Shown: positions 10,040 through 19,642 of the stretch, piece after piece
Layout of the letters: each line of letters begins with the position of its first letter
Numbering within the stretch: position 1 is the first letter of the stretch
Assembly (NCBI GenBank): GCA_013822885.1
Contig: PNLC01000001.1
Location: 2,528-66,527, forward strand
DNA from: Bradyrhizobium sp.
GTDB lineage: Bacteria > Pseudomonadota > Alphaproteobacteria > Rhizobiales > Xanthobacteraceae
Length of the DNA stretch: 64,000 nt
Direction: 5' to 3'
Made by a program: the position numbers and the translations under genes
Notes under the pieces: model-generated
What the model saw: the letters and a program-made list of their open reading frames with translations, nothing else
Database searches by the model: none
What the model was told of the DNA's origin: nothing

Positions 10040-12648
10040 CGGGGCAACTGATCGGAACCCTCATTCTCTGGCTCATCGTGGCGGTGATCGTCATCGCGAT
10101 CATCGTCTACCTGGTGAACTGGCTCTATCGCCGCTCTTCGAAAGAAGTGTCGTTCGTCCGTACCGGCCTCTTCGGCGAGAAGGTGGTGATCAACGGCGGC
10201 GCCTTCGTGCTTCCGATCATCCATGACGTCACCCCCGTCAGCATGAACGTCCTGCGCATGGCGGTGACCCGGGCCAACGACGACGCGCTCATCACCCGCG
10301 ACCGGATGCGCGTCGATATCGATGCCGAGTTCTATGTGCGCGTTCGCCCGCAACGCGAGGCAGTCGCCATCGCGGCCGCGACGCTCGGGCGGCGCACGCT
10401 CCAGCCCGATCAGCTGAACACGCTGCTTTCCGGCAGGCTCGTTTCGGCGCTGCGTTCGATTGCCTCCGAGATGACGATGGAGGAGATGCACGAGAAGCGC
10501 GGCACCTATGTGCAGAAGGTGCGGGAGTCGGCCGCCGAGGCGTTCGACCAGAACGGCCTCGAACTCCAGAACGTCGCCATCACCAATCTCGACCAGACCG
10601 ACCTGCAGTACTTCAACCCCTCCAACCGCTTCGATGCGGAAGGTCTCACGCGGATCATCGGGGAGATCGAGGAAAAGCGGAAACTGAGAAACGACATCGA
10701 ACAGGACGCGATGATCAAGATCCGCACCCGTAACCTCGAAGCCGAGCGCCAGTCGCTCGATATCGAGCGGGAGAGCGAATCGGCGCGGCTCGAACAGCAG
10801 CGGGAAATCGAGATCCGCCGTGCGATCCAGCGCGCGGAGGTGGCACGCGAGCGCGCCGCGCGCGACACGGAAGCCGAACAGGCGCAGATCCAGTCCCGTG
10901 AGGAAATCGAGAAGGCGCGGATATCCAACGAGCGGGCCATCAGCGAGGCGCGCATCGCCTCGGATCGCGACATTCGCCAGAAGGAAATCGAGCGGACGCG
11001 AGCGGTGGAAGAAGCCGAGATCGCCGCGCGCGAACTGGTCGAGAAGGCGCGGATCGCCAATGAGCAGGCAATCAATGCCGCCCGCATCGCCTCCGAACGC
11101 GACATCCGCCAGAAGGAAATCGAACGTGCAAAGGTGATCGAAGCCGCAGAGATCGCGGCCCGCGAATCGACCGACAAGGCACGCATCCTTCAGGAGACAG
11201 CGGTAAATTCCGAGCGCATCGCGCGCGAGCAGGAAGTTCGCAACCGCGAAATCGAGCGGACCCGGACCCTCGAACAGGAGGACATTGCCGCCCGCGAAGC
11301 GATCGAAACGGCCCGCATCGCGCAGGAAGAGCGCGTGCGTGCGCTCCAGATCGCGCGCAACAAGGCCCTGGACGCCGCAGAAATCTCCGCTCGCGAGTCT
11401 ACGGAGGCCGCACGCATCGCCCAGGAGAAGGCGCTCGCCGCAGAACGCATCGCGGCCGACCTCTCGACGAAAGAGCTGGAGATTGCGCGCGCGGCAACGC
11501 TCGAGACCAGGGAGATCAGGAAACGTGACGATGTGGAACGCCAGCGCATCGCCACGGAGCTCAAACTCGAACAGGATCGCATCGCCTCCACCAGGACGCG
11601 CGAAATGCTCCAGATCGACCAGAAGAAGACCATCGAGGTTGCCGAAGAAGAGCGCGCCATCACGCTCGCTGCCAAGAAGGTGGAACGTGCCGATGCCGAC
11701 AGGACCCTGCGCCAGGCGGAAATCGTCGCAAAGCAGGAAATCGAGAAGATCGACATCGCCCGCGAGCAGGCTCTCGAATCCGCGCGGTTGGAGCGCCGAC
11801 GTGCACTCGAACAACTCGAGATCGCCCGCGCCCAGGCGCTGCAGGAGGCGCAGATTACTTCCAACGAGGAGGTGGAGCGTGCGCGCATCTCCTCCGATCG
11901 GGGTCTCGACGAGGCCCGTGTGGGACGCCAGCGCGACCTGCGCAAGCTCGAGATCGAGCGCGAGCGGGACGTCGAGACCGCCGGGATGGAAAAGGCCATC
12001 GCGCTCTATGCCAAGTCGCTCGAGGAATCCGCAGCCCAGGTAAAGGCCGAACTGGCCCGCGCCAAGGCGGTGGAGGCGGAAGAACTCGTGAAGACGGTAA
12101 AGGAGAGCGAAGGCGCCAAGCGCCGCAAGACCGTGGAAGTAACGCTCGCCGAGAAGGCGGCGGAAGAGACCCGCATCGCCGCAGGGGCCGACAAGGTGCG
12201 GCGCGCGGTAGAAGCGGAAGCTCAGAAGCTGCTCTACGAGGCCGAGAATGTTCTTTCGGATGGCGCGCGCTACGGCCTGTTCCGCCGCCGCCTGCTCGAC
12301 CGGATCGAGGGCATCGTGCGCGAGAGCGTCAAGCCGATGGAAAAGATCGACGGCATCAGGATCCTGCATGTGGAAGGCCTGGCCGGCGCGGGCGGCGGCG
12401 GTTCTGCCCCCCGCTCGCCCACCGACGAGGTGATCGAAAGTGCGTTGCGCTACCGCGTACAGGCGCCGCTGATCGACGAGGTGCTGAAGGAGATCGGCAT
12501 CGAGGGCGGGAACCTTGCGAAGATGGGCGGGCTCATCCGCGAGGCCAGCGACATGCAGCGCATCGGCAAGGATGCGCAGGGCGCGAAGCCCAAGGATAGC
12601 AAGGACGGCAAAACCGGCGGCGGCCCGGGCGGTAAAGCCAAGGAGTAA
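10036..12648 (+). CDS. Flotillin/SPFH-family membrane protein with extended coiled coil (870 aa)
   Basis: N-terminal TM; SPFH ([41 protein letters not shown]); ~500 aa E/A/R/I-rich repeats; Flot C-terminus ([24 protein letters not shown]); ATGA overlap with upstream gene. Confidence 0.9.
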   Translation: MTGQLIGTLILWLIVAVIVIAIIVYLVNWLYRRSSKEVSFVRTGLFGEKVVINGGAFVLPIIHDVTPVSMNVLRMAVTRANDDALITRDRMRVDIDAEFYVRVRPQREAVAIAAATLGRRTLQPDQLNTLLSGRLVSALRSIASEMTMEEMHEKRGTYVQKVRESAAEAFDQNGLELQNVAITNLDQTDLQYFNPSNRFDAEGLTRIIGEIEEKRKLRNDIEQDAMIKIRTRNLEAERQSLDIERESESARLEQQREIEIRRAIQRAEVARERAARDTEAEQAQIQSREEIEKARISNERAISEARIASDRDIRQKEIERTRAVEEAEIAARELVEKARIANEQAINAARIASERDIRQKEIERAKVIEAAEIAARESTDKARILQETAVNSERIAREQEVRNREIERTRTLEQEDIAAREAIETARIAQEERVRALQIARNKALDAAEISARESTEAARIAQEKALAAERIAADLSTKELEIARAATLETREIRKRDDVERQRIATELKLEQDRIASTRTREMLQIDQKKTIEVAEEERAITLAAKKVERADADRTLRQAEIVAKQEIEKIDIAREQALESARLERRRALEQLEIARAQALQEAQITSNEEVERARISSDRGLDEARVGRQRDLRKLEIERERDVETAGMEKAIALYAKSLEESAAQVKAELARAKAVEAEELVKTVKESEGAKRRKTVEVTLAEKAAEETRIAAGADKVRRAVEAEAQKLLYEAENVLSDGARYGLFRRRLLDRIEGIVRESVKPMEKIDGIRILHVEGLAGAGGGGSAPRSPTDEVIESALRYRVQAPLIDEVLKEIGIEGGNLAKMGGLIREASDMQRIGKDAQGAKPKDSKDGKTGGGPGGKAKE
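10915..11310 (+). repeat. Degenerate 132-bp (44-aa) tandem repeats inside the flotillin gene
   Basis: [44 protein letters not shown] repeated with variation; DNA copies at 10915 and 11047 are 132 bp apart. Confidence 0.8.
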
Positions 12649-12654
12649 ACGGCA

Positions 12655-13092
12655 ATGGCCCGGGTCTATACATCCAGCGTTATCAATGCCTCCGCCGCGC
12701 GGGTCTGGGCCCGTGTGCGCGATTTCAACGGGCTGTCGAACTGGCATCCCGCGATCGCCGAAAGCCGCATCGAGAATGGCGAACCCGCGGACAAGGTCGG
12801 CTGCATCCGCAATTTCTCGCTTCGAAACGGCGACCGGCTGCGCGAGCAGTTGCTCGGCCTTTCCGATTTCGACATGTTCTGCACCTACTCGATCCTCGAC
12901 TCGCCGATGCCGCTCACCAATTACGTGGCGACCCTGCGGCTCACCCCGATCACCGATCAGGACAGGACCTTCATTGAATGGTCGGCCGATTTCGATTGCG
13001 CTCCCGACAAGGAAGGCGAACTGGTCACTAACATCGGCGGCGGTGTGTTCCAGGGCGGCTTTGATGCGCTCAAGCGCGCCTTCGGAGGCTGA
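12655..13092 (+). CDS. SRPBCC (polyketide cyclase/MxaD-like) ligand-binding protein 1
   Basis: VWARVRDFNGLSNWHP, VGCIR.F, LREQLL, Y.ATLRLTP motifs; AGGAG RBS. Confidence 0.88.
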   Translation: MARVYTSSVINASAARVWARVRDFNGLSNWHPAIAESRIENGEPADKVGCIRNFSLRNGDRLREQLLGLSDFDMFCTYSILDSPMPLTNYVATLRLTPITDQDRTFIEWSADFDCAPDKEGELVTNIGGGVFQGGFDALKRAFGG

Positions 13093-13093
13093 T

Positions 13094-13546
13094 GTGCCAA
13101 AGGTCGTTCGCAGCACCATCGTCGATGTGCCTGTGGACCGGCTCTGGGCCGTCGTGCGCGATTTCAATGCGCATGACCAGTACCATCCCATCGTGGCCAC
13201 CAGCCTCATCGAGCGCGGCTATCCGGTCGACAAGGTCGGCTGTGTCCGCCGCTTCACGCTCCAGGATGGCAGCGAACTGCGCGAGCAGTTGCTCGCGCTG
13301 TCCGACCTTGAAATGACCTGCAGCTATTGCCTTTTGGATACGCCGATTCCCCTCTTCAACTACGTCGCGCACATGCGCCTGCTGCCGGTGACCGACGGCA
13401 ATCGAAGCTTCTGGCACTGGGAATGCCGCTTCACGACCCCGCCGGGACGCGAGGAAGAACTCGCCCGCATGGTGGGGGAAGAGGTTTATGTCGCCGGCAT
13501 GGAGGCCGTGCGCCGGCTTCCCCAACTGCAAAGGGAGGGCATCTGA
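13094..13546 (+). CDS. SRPBCC ligand-binding protein 2 (tandem paralog)
   Basis: GTG start after GGAGG; LWAVVRDFN…HP, DKVGCVRRF, LREQLLALSD; clearly similar to 12655-13092. Confidence 0.85.
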   Translation: MPKVVRSTIVDVPVDRLWAVVRDFNAHDQYHPIVATSLIERGYPVDKVGCVRRFTLQDGSELREQLLALSDLEMTCSYCLLDTPIPLFNYVAHMRLLPVTDGNRSFWHWECRFTTPPGREEELARMVGEEVYVAGMEAVRRLPQLQREGI

Positions 13547-13547
13547 C

Positions 13548-14372
13548 ATGCCGCTCGACGTGCGCGTTGCCACCAGCATGGCGGAAGCCGCCGGCATCCT
13601 CACCGCGGATCAGCGGACAAAACTCCTCTCGGGCGGCACGCTGATGATGCGGGACGTGAACGAAGGGCGGCTACTCGACGGAACGTTGCTGCGAATTACC
13701 GATCCCGCCTACCGACAGATGAACACATCAGGCGCACGCATCGAACTTGGCGCGGGCGTGACTATGGCGATGGTGTCGAACAACCGCGATCTCGCCTTTC
13801 TGCACGCCGCCGCGCGCTCCATAGGCGGCCCGGCCATCCGGCAAATGGCGACGATCGGCGGCAATCTCTTTGCCCAGACTCCCTACGGAGATTTCGCCGT
13901 GGCGCTGCTGGCGCTCGATGCGCAGGTGATGGTTCAGTCGGGCTACGGCTCCGCACGCTCAATGCCGCTCGATGAATTTCTCGGCGCCCGCGAACGCGGC
14001 GTTTCCGGACTTGTCGCCGGTGTGCAGTTCTCGAAGCCGCAGAATGCGGCCGACTTCCGCTTCCGCAAGGTCAGCCGCGTGAAGCCGAAGGGCATCGCGG
14101 TAATGAGCATCGCGGCCCACCTGCCCAATACCGGCGGGCGGATCAGCCAGGCGCGTGTCGCCTACGGAGCGATGGCCCCCACCGCCGTGCGGGCGCGCGG
14201 TGTCGAGCGCGCGCTCGAAGGAAAAGCGCTCGATGCAGCAAGCATTCAGGCCGCGAAGGCCGCCGCCCTCGAAGGCACCCGCCCCGCCACAGACGCCATT
14301 GCCAGCGAATGGTATCGCCGCGAGGTCTTGCCGGTGCATCTCGGGCGGCTCTTGACCGGCGAAGGACGCTGA
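13548..14372 (+). CDS. Xanthine dehydrogenase family FAD-binding subunit (CoxM-like)
   Basis: LSGGT, IGGPAIRQMATIGGNL, ASEWYRR motifs. Confidence 0.9.
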   Translation: MPLDVRVATSMAEAAGILTADQRTKLLSGGTLMMRDVNEGRLLDGTLLRITDPAYRQMNTSGARIELGAGVTMAMVSNNRDLAFLHAAARSIGGPAIRQMATIGGNLFAQTPYGDFAVALLALDAQVMVQSGYGSARSMPLDEFLGARERGVSGLVAGVQFSKPQNAADFRFRKVSRVKPKGIAVMSIAAHLPNTGGRISQARVAYGAMAPTAVRARGVERALEGKALDAASIQAAKAAALEGTRPATDAIASEWYRREVLPVHLGRLLTGEGR

Positions 14373-14382
14373 GGAAGCACGC

Positions 14383-14865
14383 ATGGCAAAAGTTCCCGTC
14401 CAGTTTCGCCTCAATGGTTCGGACCGCGCCGCGTTCATCGACGCCGCCGACAACCTCCTCATGACCCTTCGACGCGGGCTCAACGAGTTCGCACCCAAAT
14501 ACGGCTGCGGCCAAGGCACATGCGGCGTCTGCACCGTGCTGATCGACGGCGAACCGCAGCTTTCCTGCCTCACTTTGGCGGTAGCCTGCGAGGGCCGCCA
14601 CGTGGAAACGGCATCCGGCATGGCGGAGGGGCCGAACCTGCACCCCCTGCAGGTCGCGTTCATGGACAATTTCGCAGCGCAATGCGGCTTCTGCACGCCC
14701 GGCATGCTGATGGCGGCGCGCGCGCTTCTCGATCGCAATCCAAAGCCGAGCCGCGAGGAAGTGATCGAGGCGATTGCCGGAAATATCTGCCGTTGCACCG
14801 GCTATGAGCCGATCATCAACGCCATTCTCGCCGCGGCCGGCGCTGGCGACCAGAAACGCGCCTGA
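14383..14865 (+). CDS. Xanthine dehydrogenase family 2x[2Fe-2S] subunit (CoxS-like)
   Basis: GCGQGTCGVC, SC, QCGFCTPG, NICRCTGY. Confidence 0.95.
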   Translation: MAKVPVQFRLNGSDRAAFIDAADNLLMTLRRGLNEFAPKYGCGQGTCGVCTVLIDGEPQLSCLTLAVACEGRHVETASGMAEGPNLHPLQVAFMDNFAAQCGFCTPGMLMAARALLDRNPKPSREEVIEAIAGNICRCTGYEPIINAILAAAGAGDQKRA

Positions 14866-14876
14866 GGGAGAACGAG

Positions 14877-16616
14877 ATGCTCGAGATCCGGAAGGACTAC
14901 TTCGCCAACGAGCGCGACGACAATCTCAACGTTATCGGCAAGGGCATTCAGCGCCAGGACATGCCGGGCCATGTCACGGGACGCTCGCGCTACTTCGACG
15001 ATCACGCCTTCGAAGGCCTGCTGCATTTGAAGGTCGTGCGCAGCCCGCACCACCATGCCCGCATCCGTTCCGTCGATGTCGGCGAGGCGGAGCGCGCACC
15101 GGGCGTGAAACGCATCCTCCGGGCAGCCGATGTGCCCGTTAACAAGAACACGCTGCTCAGCCTGATCAATTTCGGCAAGGACGACGAGCCCACGCTGGCG
15201 GTCGACAAGGTGCATTACAAGGGCGAGCCCGTCGTGGCCGTTATCGCCGAGAGCGAGGCTGCCGCGATGGCGGCCCGCAAGCTGGTGCGTATCGACTACG
15301 AAGTCCTGCCGGCGGTCTTCGACGTCGAGGAGGCACTCAAGCCCGGCGCTCCCATCGTCAACGAAACCTACCCGAACAATTACTTCGAGTATCACGAAAA
15401 GTTCGATCATCAGAAGCTGCGCTTCGGCGACACGGAAAAAGCCTTCGCTGCCGCAGACCTCGTGATCGAGGAGCGCTACCAGACCTCTCCCATCGAGCAT
15501 GCTCCGACGGAGACCAACGGCTCGATCGCAGCACCTGAGCAGGACAACCGCTTCGTCGTCCATTCCTGCGCGCAGGGGCTGTTCTTCTCGCTGGGCACGT
15601 CGGCAAAGATCCTCAATATTGAGTCGAACCGGCTGCATTTCATCGGCGGCACGGTGGGCGGCGGATTCGGCGGCAAGGTCGATTCGCTCACCGAACCGCT
15701 TGCGATCCTCGGCGCGATGCTGACGGGCCGGCCTGTGCGCTACGTGCTCGATCGCGAGGAGGAAATGCTCTACGGCTCGCCGCGCGGCGCCGAGCGTGTC
15801 TATGTCAAGGACGGGGTGATGCGCGACGGGCGCATCATCGCGCGCCATGTTCGCTCCTATTTCGATGCCGGCGCCTACACCCGCCTGTCTTCCTACGCCG
15901 CCATCAAGTGCACGGCGCATCTCCCAGGACCCTACTGGATCCCGAATGTCTCGTCCGACATCTACGTTTCCTACACCAACCGCTGCCCCTCCACGGCAAT
16001 GCGCGGCTTCGGCATCACCGCGGCCGATTTCGCACTCGAGGTGCAAATGGACAAGCTCGCCCATGCCGTGAACATGGATCCGATGGAATTCCGCATCCTC
16101 AACGCCTATCGCGACGGCGACATGAAAGCGCATCGGCGCGTGGCAAAGAACACGGCGCTGATCGAATGCGTGCAGGTCGCCGCGGAAAAGGCGCGCTGGC
16201 CGATCTCCGAAAGCGCCCGGCGGCAATCCTCGCTCGAGGGCGGCGGACAGCGCGAGCGCGGGCAAATCCCCGCCACCCCCATCGATCAGCGCGGTCAGAT
16301 CGGCCGGCCCGAGACGCGCAGCGGGCCTGTGACGCAGACCCTGCCGGCCGGCACCATGCGCATCCCGCTGACGAAACAACCGGAGCTGGAGGGCAGCCGC
16401 GACGCGCGGCCCGTGGCACCGAACGTACCGCGTTATGAGCCAGCGCGCCCGATGACGCAGCCTGTAGTTCAGGCGCCGGCGCCGCTTGCCCCGATGCCAT
16501 CAGCCGCTCCGCCGCCCCAGCCTGGCGTGGAGCCTCCCGCGCCGCCCGCTCCAGGTGTCCAGCCACAGCACGGCGCGATGCGTTTCTCGTCGGTGTTCGG
16601 AACAAGGAGGCGGTGA
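14877..16616 (+). CDS. Molybdopterin-binding subunit, N-terminal half of a split large subunit, with Pro-rich C-terminal tail
   Basis: RSPHHHARI, HAPTET, VGGGFGGK, AMRGFG, DPMEFR; last ~130 aa are low-complexity and end in RFSSVFGTRRR. Confidence 0.9.
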   Translation: MLEIRKDYFANERDDNLNVIGKGIQRQDMPGHVTGRSRYFDDHAFEGLLHLKVVRSPHHHARIRSVDVGEAERAPGVKRILRAADVPVNKNTLLSLINFGKDDEPTLAVDKVHYKGEPVVAVIAESEAAAMAARKLVRIDYEVLPAVFDVEEALKPGAPIVNETYPNNYFEYHEKFDHQKLRFGDTEKAFAAADLVIEERYQTSPIEHAPTETNGSIAAPEQDNRFVVHSCAQGLFFSLGTSAKILNIESNRLHFIGGTVGGGFGGKVDSLTEPLAILGAMLTGRPVRYVLDREEEMLYGSPRGAERVYVKDGVMRDGRIIARHVRSYFDAGAYTRLSSYAAIKCTAHLPGPYWIPNVSSDIYVSYTNRCPSTAMRGFGITAADFALEVQMDKLAHAVNMDPMEFRILNAYRDGDMKAHRRVAKNTALIECVQVAAEKARWPISESARRQSSLEGGGQRERGQIPATPIDQRGQIGRPETRSGPVTQTLPAGTMRIPLTKQPELEGSRDARPVAPNVPRYEPARPMTQPVVQAPAPLAPMPSAAPPPQPGVEPPAPPAPGVQPQHGAMRFSSVFGTRRR

Positions 16617-16617
16617 A

Positions 16618-17646
16618 ATGGCACGGCACAAGGGCCGCGGCATGGCCGCGATCAACTATCCCATCGGCATGAATCTCGGCGGCGATCCCAGCCAGGCGCT
16701 GATCCACTCCAACCCCGACGGCAAGTTCACCGTCGCGCTTTCGGCGATCGATCTCGGCCAGGGCATGAAACAAGTCACGCGGCAGGTGGCGGCCGAAACA
16801 CTCGGCGTGCCGGTCGAGGATGTCTATGTCGATACCGCCGACAGCGACACCGGCCCGCACGACATGGGCTCCTTCGCATCGCGCGGCACGCATCGCATGG
16901 GCAACGCGGTGATTGCGGCGGCGCGCGAGGCGCGCGGCGTTCTGCTTGAAGCTGCAGCAGAAGAGCTCGAGGTCAACGCCGCCGATCTCGTCACCGACGG
17001 GCGTGGCAACATCCACGTGCGCGGCGCCCCCTCCCGCTCGATCACCGTGCGCGCGACCGCGCAGGCCGCACAGTTCAGGCAAGGCAAGACCATCGCCGGG
17101 CGCGGGATATTTCTCATTCCGCTCTCCGCGGTCGATCCGGAGACCGGCGAGATGAACCCGAACACCGCCTTTGCCCACGCTTGCCTCGTGGCCGATGTGG
17201 AGGTGGACGACGAGACCGGCGAAGTGACGGTGCTCGGCATGACGAGCGCCTATGAGCTTGGCCGCGCGCTCAACCCGAGAATGGTGGAGCAGCAATTGGT
17301 CGGCGGGGCCTGGATGGGCCAGAGCCATGTGCTGTTCGAAACGCCCGAGCCCTACTATCCCAATCCCGATCATGGCCCGCGCGATTTCAACGAATACCTG
17401 ATGCCGGGACCGGGCGATATCGCGCCTTATTCGGCGAGCGTGCTGGAGCGGCCCGCCCCGGATGGCCCGTTCGGAGGCAAGGGGCCGGGCGAAATGTGCG
17501 CAAATCCGGTGCTGCCGGCGGTAGCCAATGCGGTGTTCAACGCCGTCGGTGTGCGCGTGGACGAACTGCCGATCACGCCGGAAAAAGTGCTGCGCGGCAT
17601 CCGCGCGAATGGCGGCGCGCGCCCGCAGGCAAGGCGGGGCGGCTGA
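16618..17646 (+). CDS. Molybdopterin-binding subunit, C-terminal half of the split large subunit
   Basis: DLGQG, GSFASR, ALNP..VEQQLVGG, GPFGGKGPGEM with the catalytic Glu; own GGAGG RBS. Confidence 0.9.
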   Translation: MARHKGRGMAAINYPIGMNLGGDPSQALIHSNPDGKFTVALSAIDLGQGMKQVTRQVAAETLGVPVEDVYVDTADSDTGPHDMGSFASRGTHRMGNAVIAAAREARGVLLEAAAEELEVNAADLVTDGRGNIHVRGAPSRSITVRATAQAAQFRQGKTIAGRGIFLIPLSAVDPETGEMNPNTAFAHACLVADVEVDDETGEVTVLGMTSAYELGRALNPRMVEQQLVGGAWMGQSHVLFETPEPYYPNPDHGPRDFNEYLMPGPGDIAPYSASVLERPAPDGPFGGKGPGEMCANPVLPAVANAVFNAVGVRVDELPITPEKVLRGIRANGGARPQARRGG

Positions 17647-17648
17647 CC

Positions 17649-18533
17649 ATGGCGCTACGCACCACCATCGCCGGCATTTCAAGCCCCGAGGCGCTCGCGG
17701 AAGCGCTCAGGTCGGCATTGTATCTTGCGGATGACGGGATCGCGACCGCAGGTTACCTCGCGCTGGCGCTCGGCAAGCCGCTGCTGCTGGAAGGCGCGCC
17801 GGGCGTCGGCAAGACGGAAGCCGCGAAGGCGCTCGCCGGCATTCTCGGACGGCAATTGATCCGGCTGCAATGTTTCGAGGGGATCGACGCCGCAGCAGCA
17901 CTGTACGAGTGGAACTATCCGCGCCAGATGCTGGCGATCCGGCAGGCGCAGGAGGGAGCCGGCACGGACATCTACCGCGATGAATTCCTGATCGAGCGCC
18001 CGATGCTCACGGCTCTGCGCCGGCCGGATTCGACCGTGCTGCTGATCGACGAAATCGACCGTTCCGATCATGAATTCGAAGCATTCCTGCTCGAATTCCT
18101 CTCCGACTTCTCGATTTCAATCCCCGAGCGCGGCACGCTGCGCGCGGCGGAACGCCCCGTAGTGATCCTCACCTCGAACCGCACGCGCGACCTGCATGAA
18201 GCGCTGCGCCGGCGCTGCGTCTATCACTACATCGCCTATCCCGATCCGGCGCGCGAGGCCGAGATCATCATGCTGCGCTCGTCCGCTGTGGCGGAGAGCA
18301 CGGCGCGCGCCGTGGTAGCGGCTGTCGGCATCCTGCGTAACGAGCCGCTCTCGAAGCCTCCCGGCGTTGCCGAGGCAGTGGACTGGGCCGAGGCCGCCAC
18401 CGCGCTGGCCCGCACCGGTGCATCGTGGCCGGAGGCATTCCGCCGTTCCCTCGGCGCGGCGATCAAGGATGAGGAAGACCTCGCCCATCTGCGTCCGCGG
18501 CTTGCGCAATTCATACCGGGGATGGCGGCATGA
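17649..18533 (+). CDS. MoxR-family AAA+ ATPase (CoxD-like)
   Basis: LEGAPGVGKT, LYEWNY, LLIDEIDR, TSNRTRDLHEALRRRC. Confidence 0.92.
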   Translation: MALRTTIAGISSPEALAEALRSALYLADDGIATAGYLALALGKPLLLEGAPGVGKTEAAKALAGILGRQLIRLQCFEGIDAAAALYEWNYPRQMLAIRQAQEGAGTDIYRDEFLIERPMLTALRRPDSTVLLIDEIDRSDHEFEAFLLEFLSDFSISIPERGTLRAAERPVVILTSNRTRDLHEALRRRCVYHYIAYPDPAREAEIIMLRSSAVAESTARAVVAAVGILRNEPLSKPPGVAEAVDWAEAATALARTGASWPEAFRRSLGAAIKDEEDLAHLRPRLAQFIPGMAA

Positions 18534-19642
18534 GCGTGAAGGTGCCCGGCGCGGTGCGCCCGCTGATCGACTTTCCGGTCCTGCTGCGCGAACACGGATT
18601 TGCGGTCGCCCCCGAGCAGACGGTGAGTTTCCTTCAGGCCGTGGAGTTGCTCGGCCCGCGCAGCATCGAGCATGTGCGCAAGGCCGCGGTCGCGACGCTT
18701 GCGCCGCATCCCGAGCAGCGGGTGCGCTTCGACGCGCTGTTCGACCTGCATTTCCTTGGGGCTGTCGGCGAACCGGGTGAGGACGAGTGGCAAGCCGATG
18801 ACGACATGCAGGTGCAGGACGATATCGGCACGGAAGAGGTCGTGATCGGCGAGGAGGTCAACGAGACCGGCCAGGCCGCCACCGGAGCGGAAGCCCTCGC
18901 GATACGCGCCCTGCGCGCGCCCGACGACGCGCAGACGCTGCGGCGTTTTGCCGACGCCCTGCCCGATTCCCTGCCCCGCCGGCGCGGCTATCGCCACAAG
19001 GCGGCGCGGCGCGGCAAGGGCATCGACCTCGCGCGGAGCCTGCGCGCGGCCATGCGGAACGAAGGCGAGGTGATGAGCCTGAAGCGGCAGCGGCGCGCGA
19101 CGCGCCCCCGCCCCATTCTTCTCCTGATCGACGTATCCGGATCGATGAAGGCGCGCAGCGATGCCCATCTCGCGCTGGCGCATGAAATCGTCCACGCGAT
19201 GCCGCGCGTCGAAGTCTTCACGTTCGGTACACGCCTGACGCGCCTGACCCGCGCGATGCGGCTCAAGAACCGCGAGCACGCGCTTTCCGAGGCATCAAGT
19301 CTTGTCGCCGATTGGGATGGCGGCACAAGGATCGGCGACGCGCTCGAAGCGTTCCTCGCCGTGCCGCGCTTTGCCGGCTATGCGAGGGGAGCCACCGTCA
19401 TCGTGCTGTCGGACGGGCTCGAGCGTGGCGACCCGACCACGATGATACGCGCCGTGCAACGCCTCGCGGCGCGCGCCTTTAGAGTCGACTGGTTTACGCC
19501 GCTCGCCATCGATCCCCAGTACCGGCCCGAGACCGAAGCGCTGCGCGCCATCCGGCCGCTGCTCGCCTCGCTGGGCGATGCGAGTTCCACATCGCGCCTC
19601 TGCCGCGCGATCCTTGCCATCGGAAAGGCGAAAGCAGCATGA
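18530..19642 (+). CDS. VWA-domain protein (CoxE-like)
   Basis: MIDAS DVSGS, FGTRLT, WDGGTRIG, SDGLERG. Confidence 0.9.
   Translation: MSVKVPGAVRPLIDFPVLLREHGFAVAPEQTVSFLQAVELLGPRSIEHVRKAAVATLAPHPEQRVRFDALFDLHFLGAVGEPGEDEWQADDDMQVQDDIGTEEVVIGEEVNETGQAATGAEALAIRALRAPDDAQTLRRFADALPDSLPRRRGYRHKAARRGKGIDLARSLRAAMRNEGEVMSLKRQRRATRPRPILLLIDVSGSMKARSDAHLALAHEIVHAMPRVEVFTFGTRLTRLTRAMRLKNREHALSEASSLVADWDGGTRIGDALEAFLAVPRFAGYARGATVIVLSDGLERGDPTTMIRAVQRLAARAFRVDWFTPLAIDPQYRPETEALRAIRPLLASLGDASSTSRLCRAILAIGKAKAA

Noticed and set aside
10915-11460. CRISPR-like or mobile repeats
   Set aside because: The repeats are in-frame, degenerate and without unique spacers; they encode coiled coil
6818-13209. Very long antisense ORFs (6818-9862, 1014 aa; 9919-13209, 1096 aa)
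   Set aside because: Shadow frames of high-GC genes on the + strand; no recognisable motifs
16560-16640. Frameshift or pseudogene explanation for the split Mo subunit
   Set aside because: The second half has its own GGAGG RBS and ATG, the first half has a long distinct tail, and natural splits exist in this family
13548-19642. Aerobic CO dehydrogenase (cox) cluster
   Set aside because: Active-site loop is AMRGFG rather than AYxCSFR/AYRGAGR, and the large subunit is split
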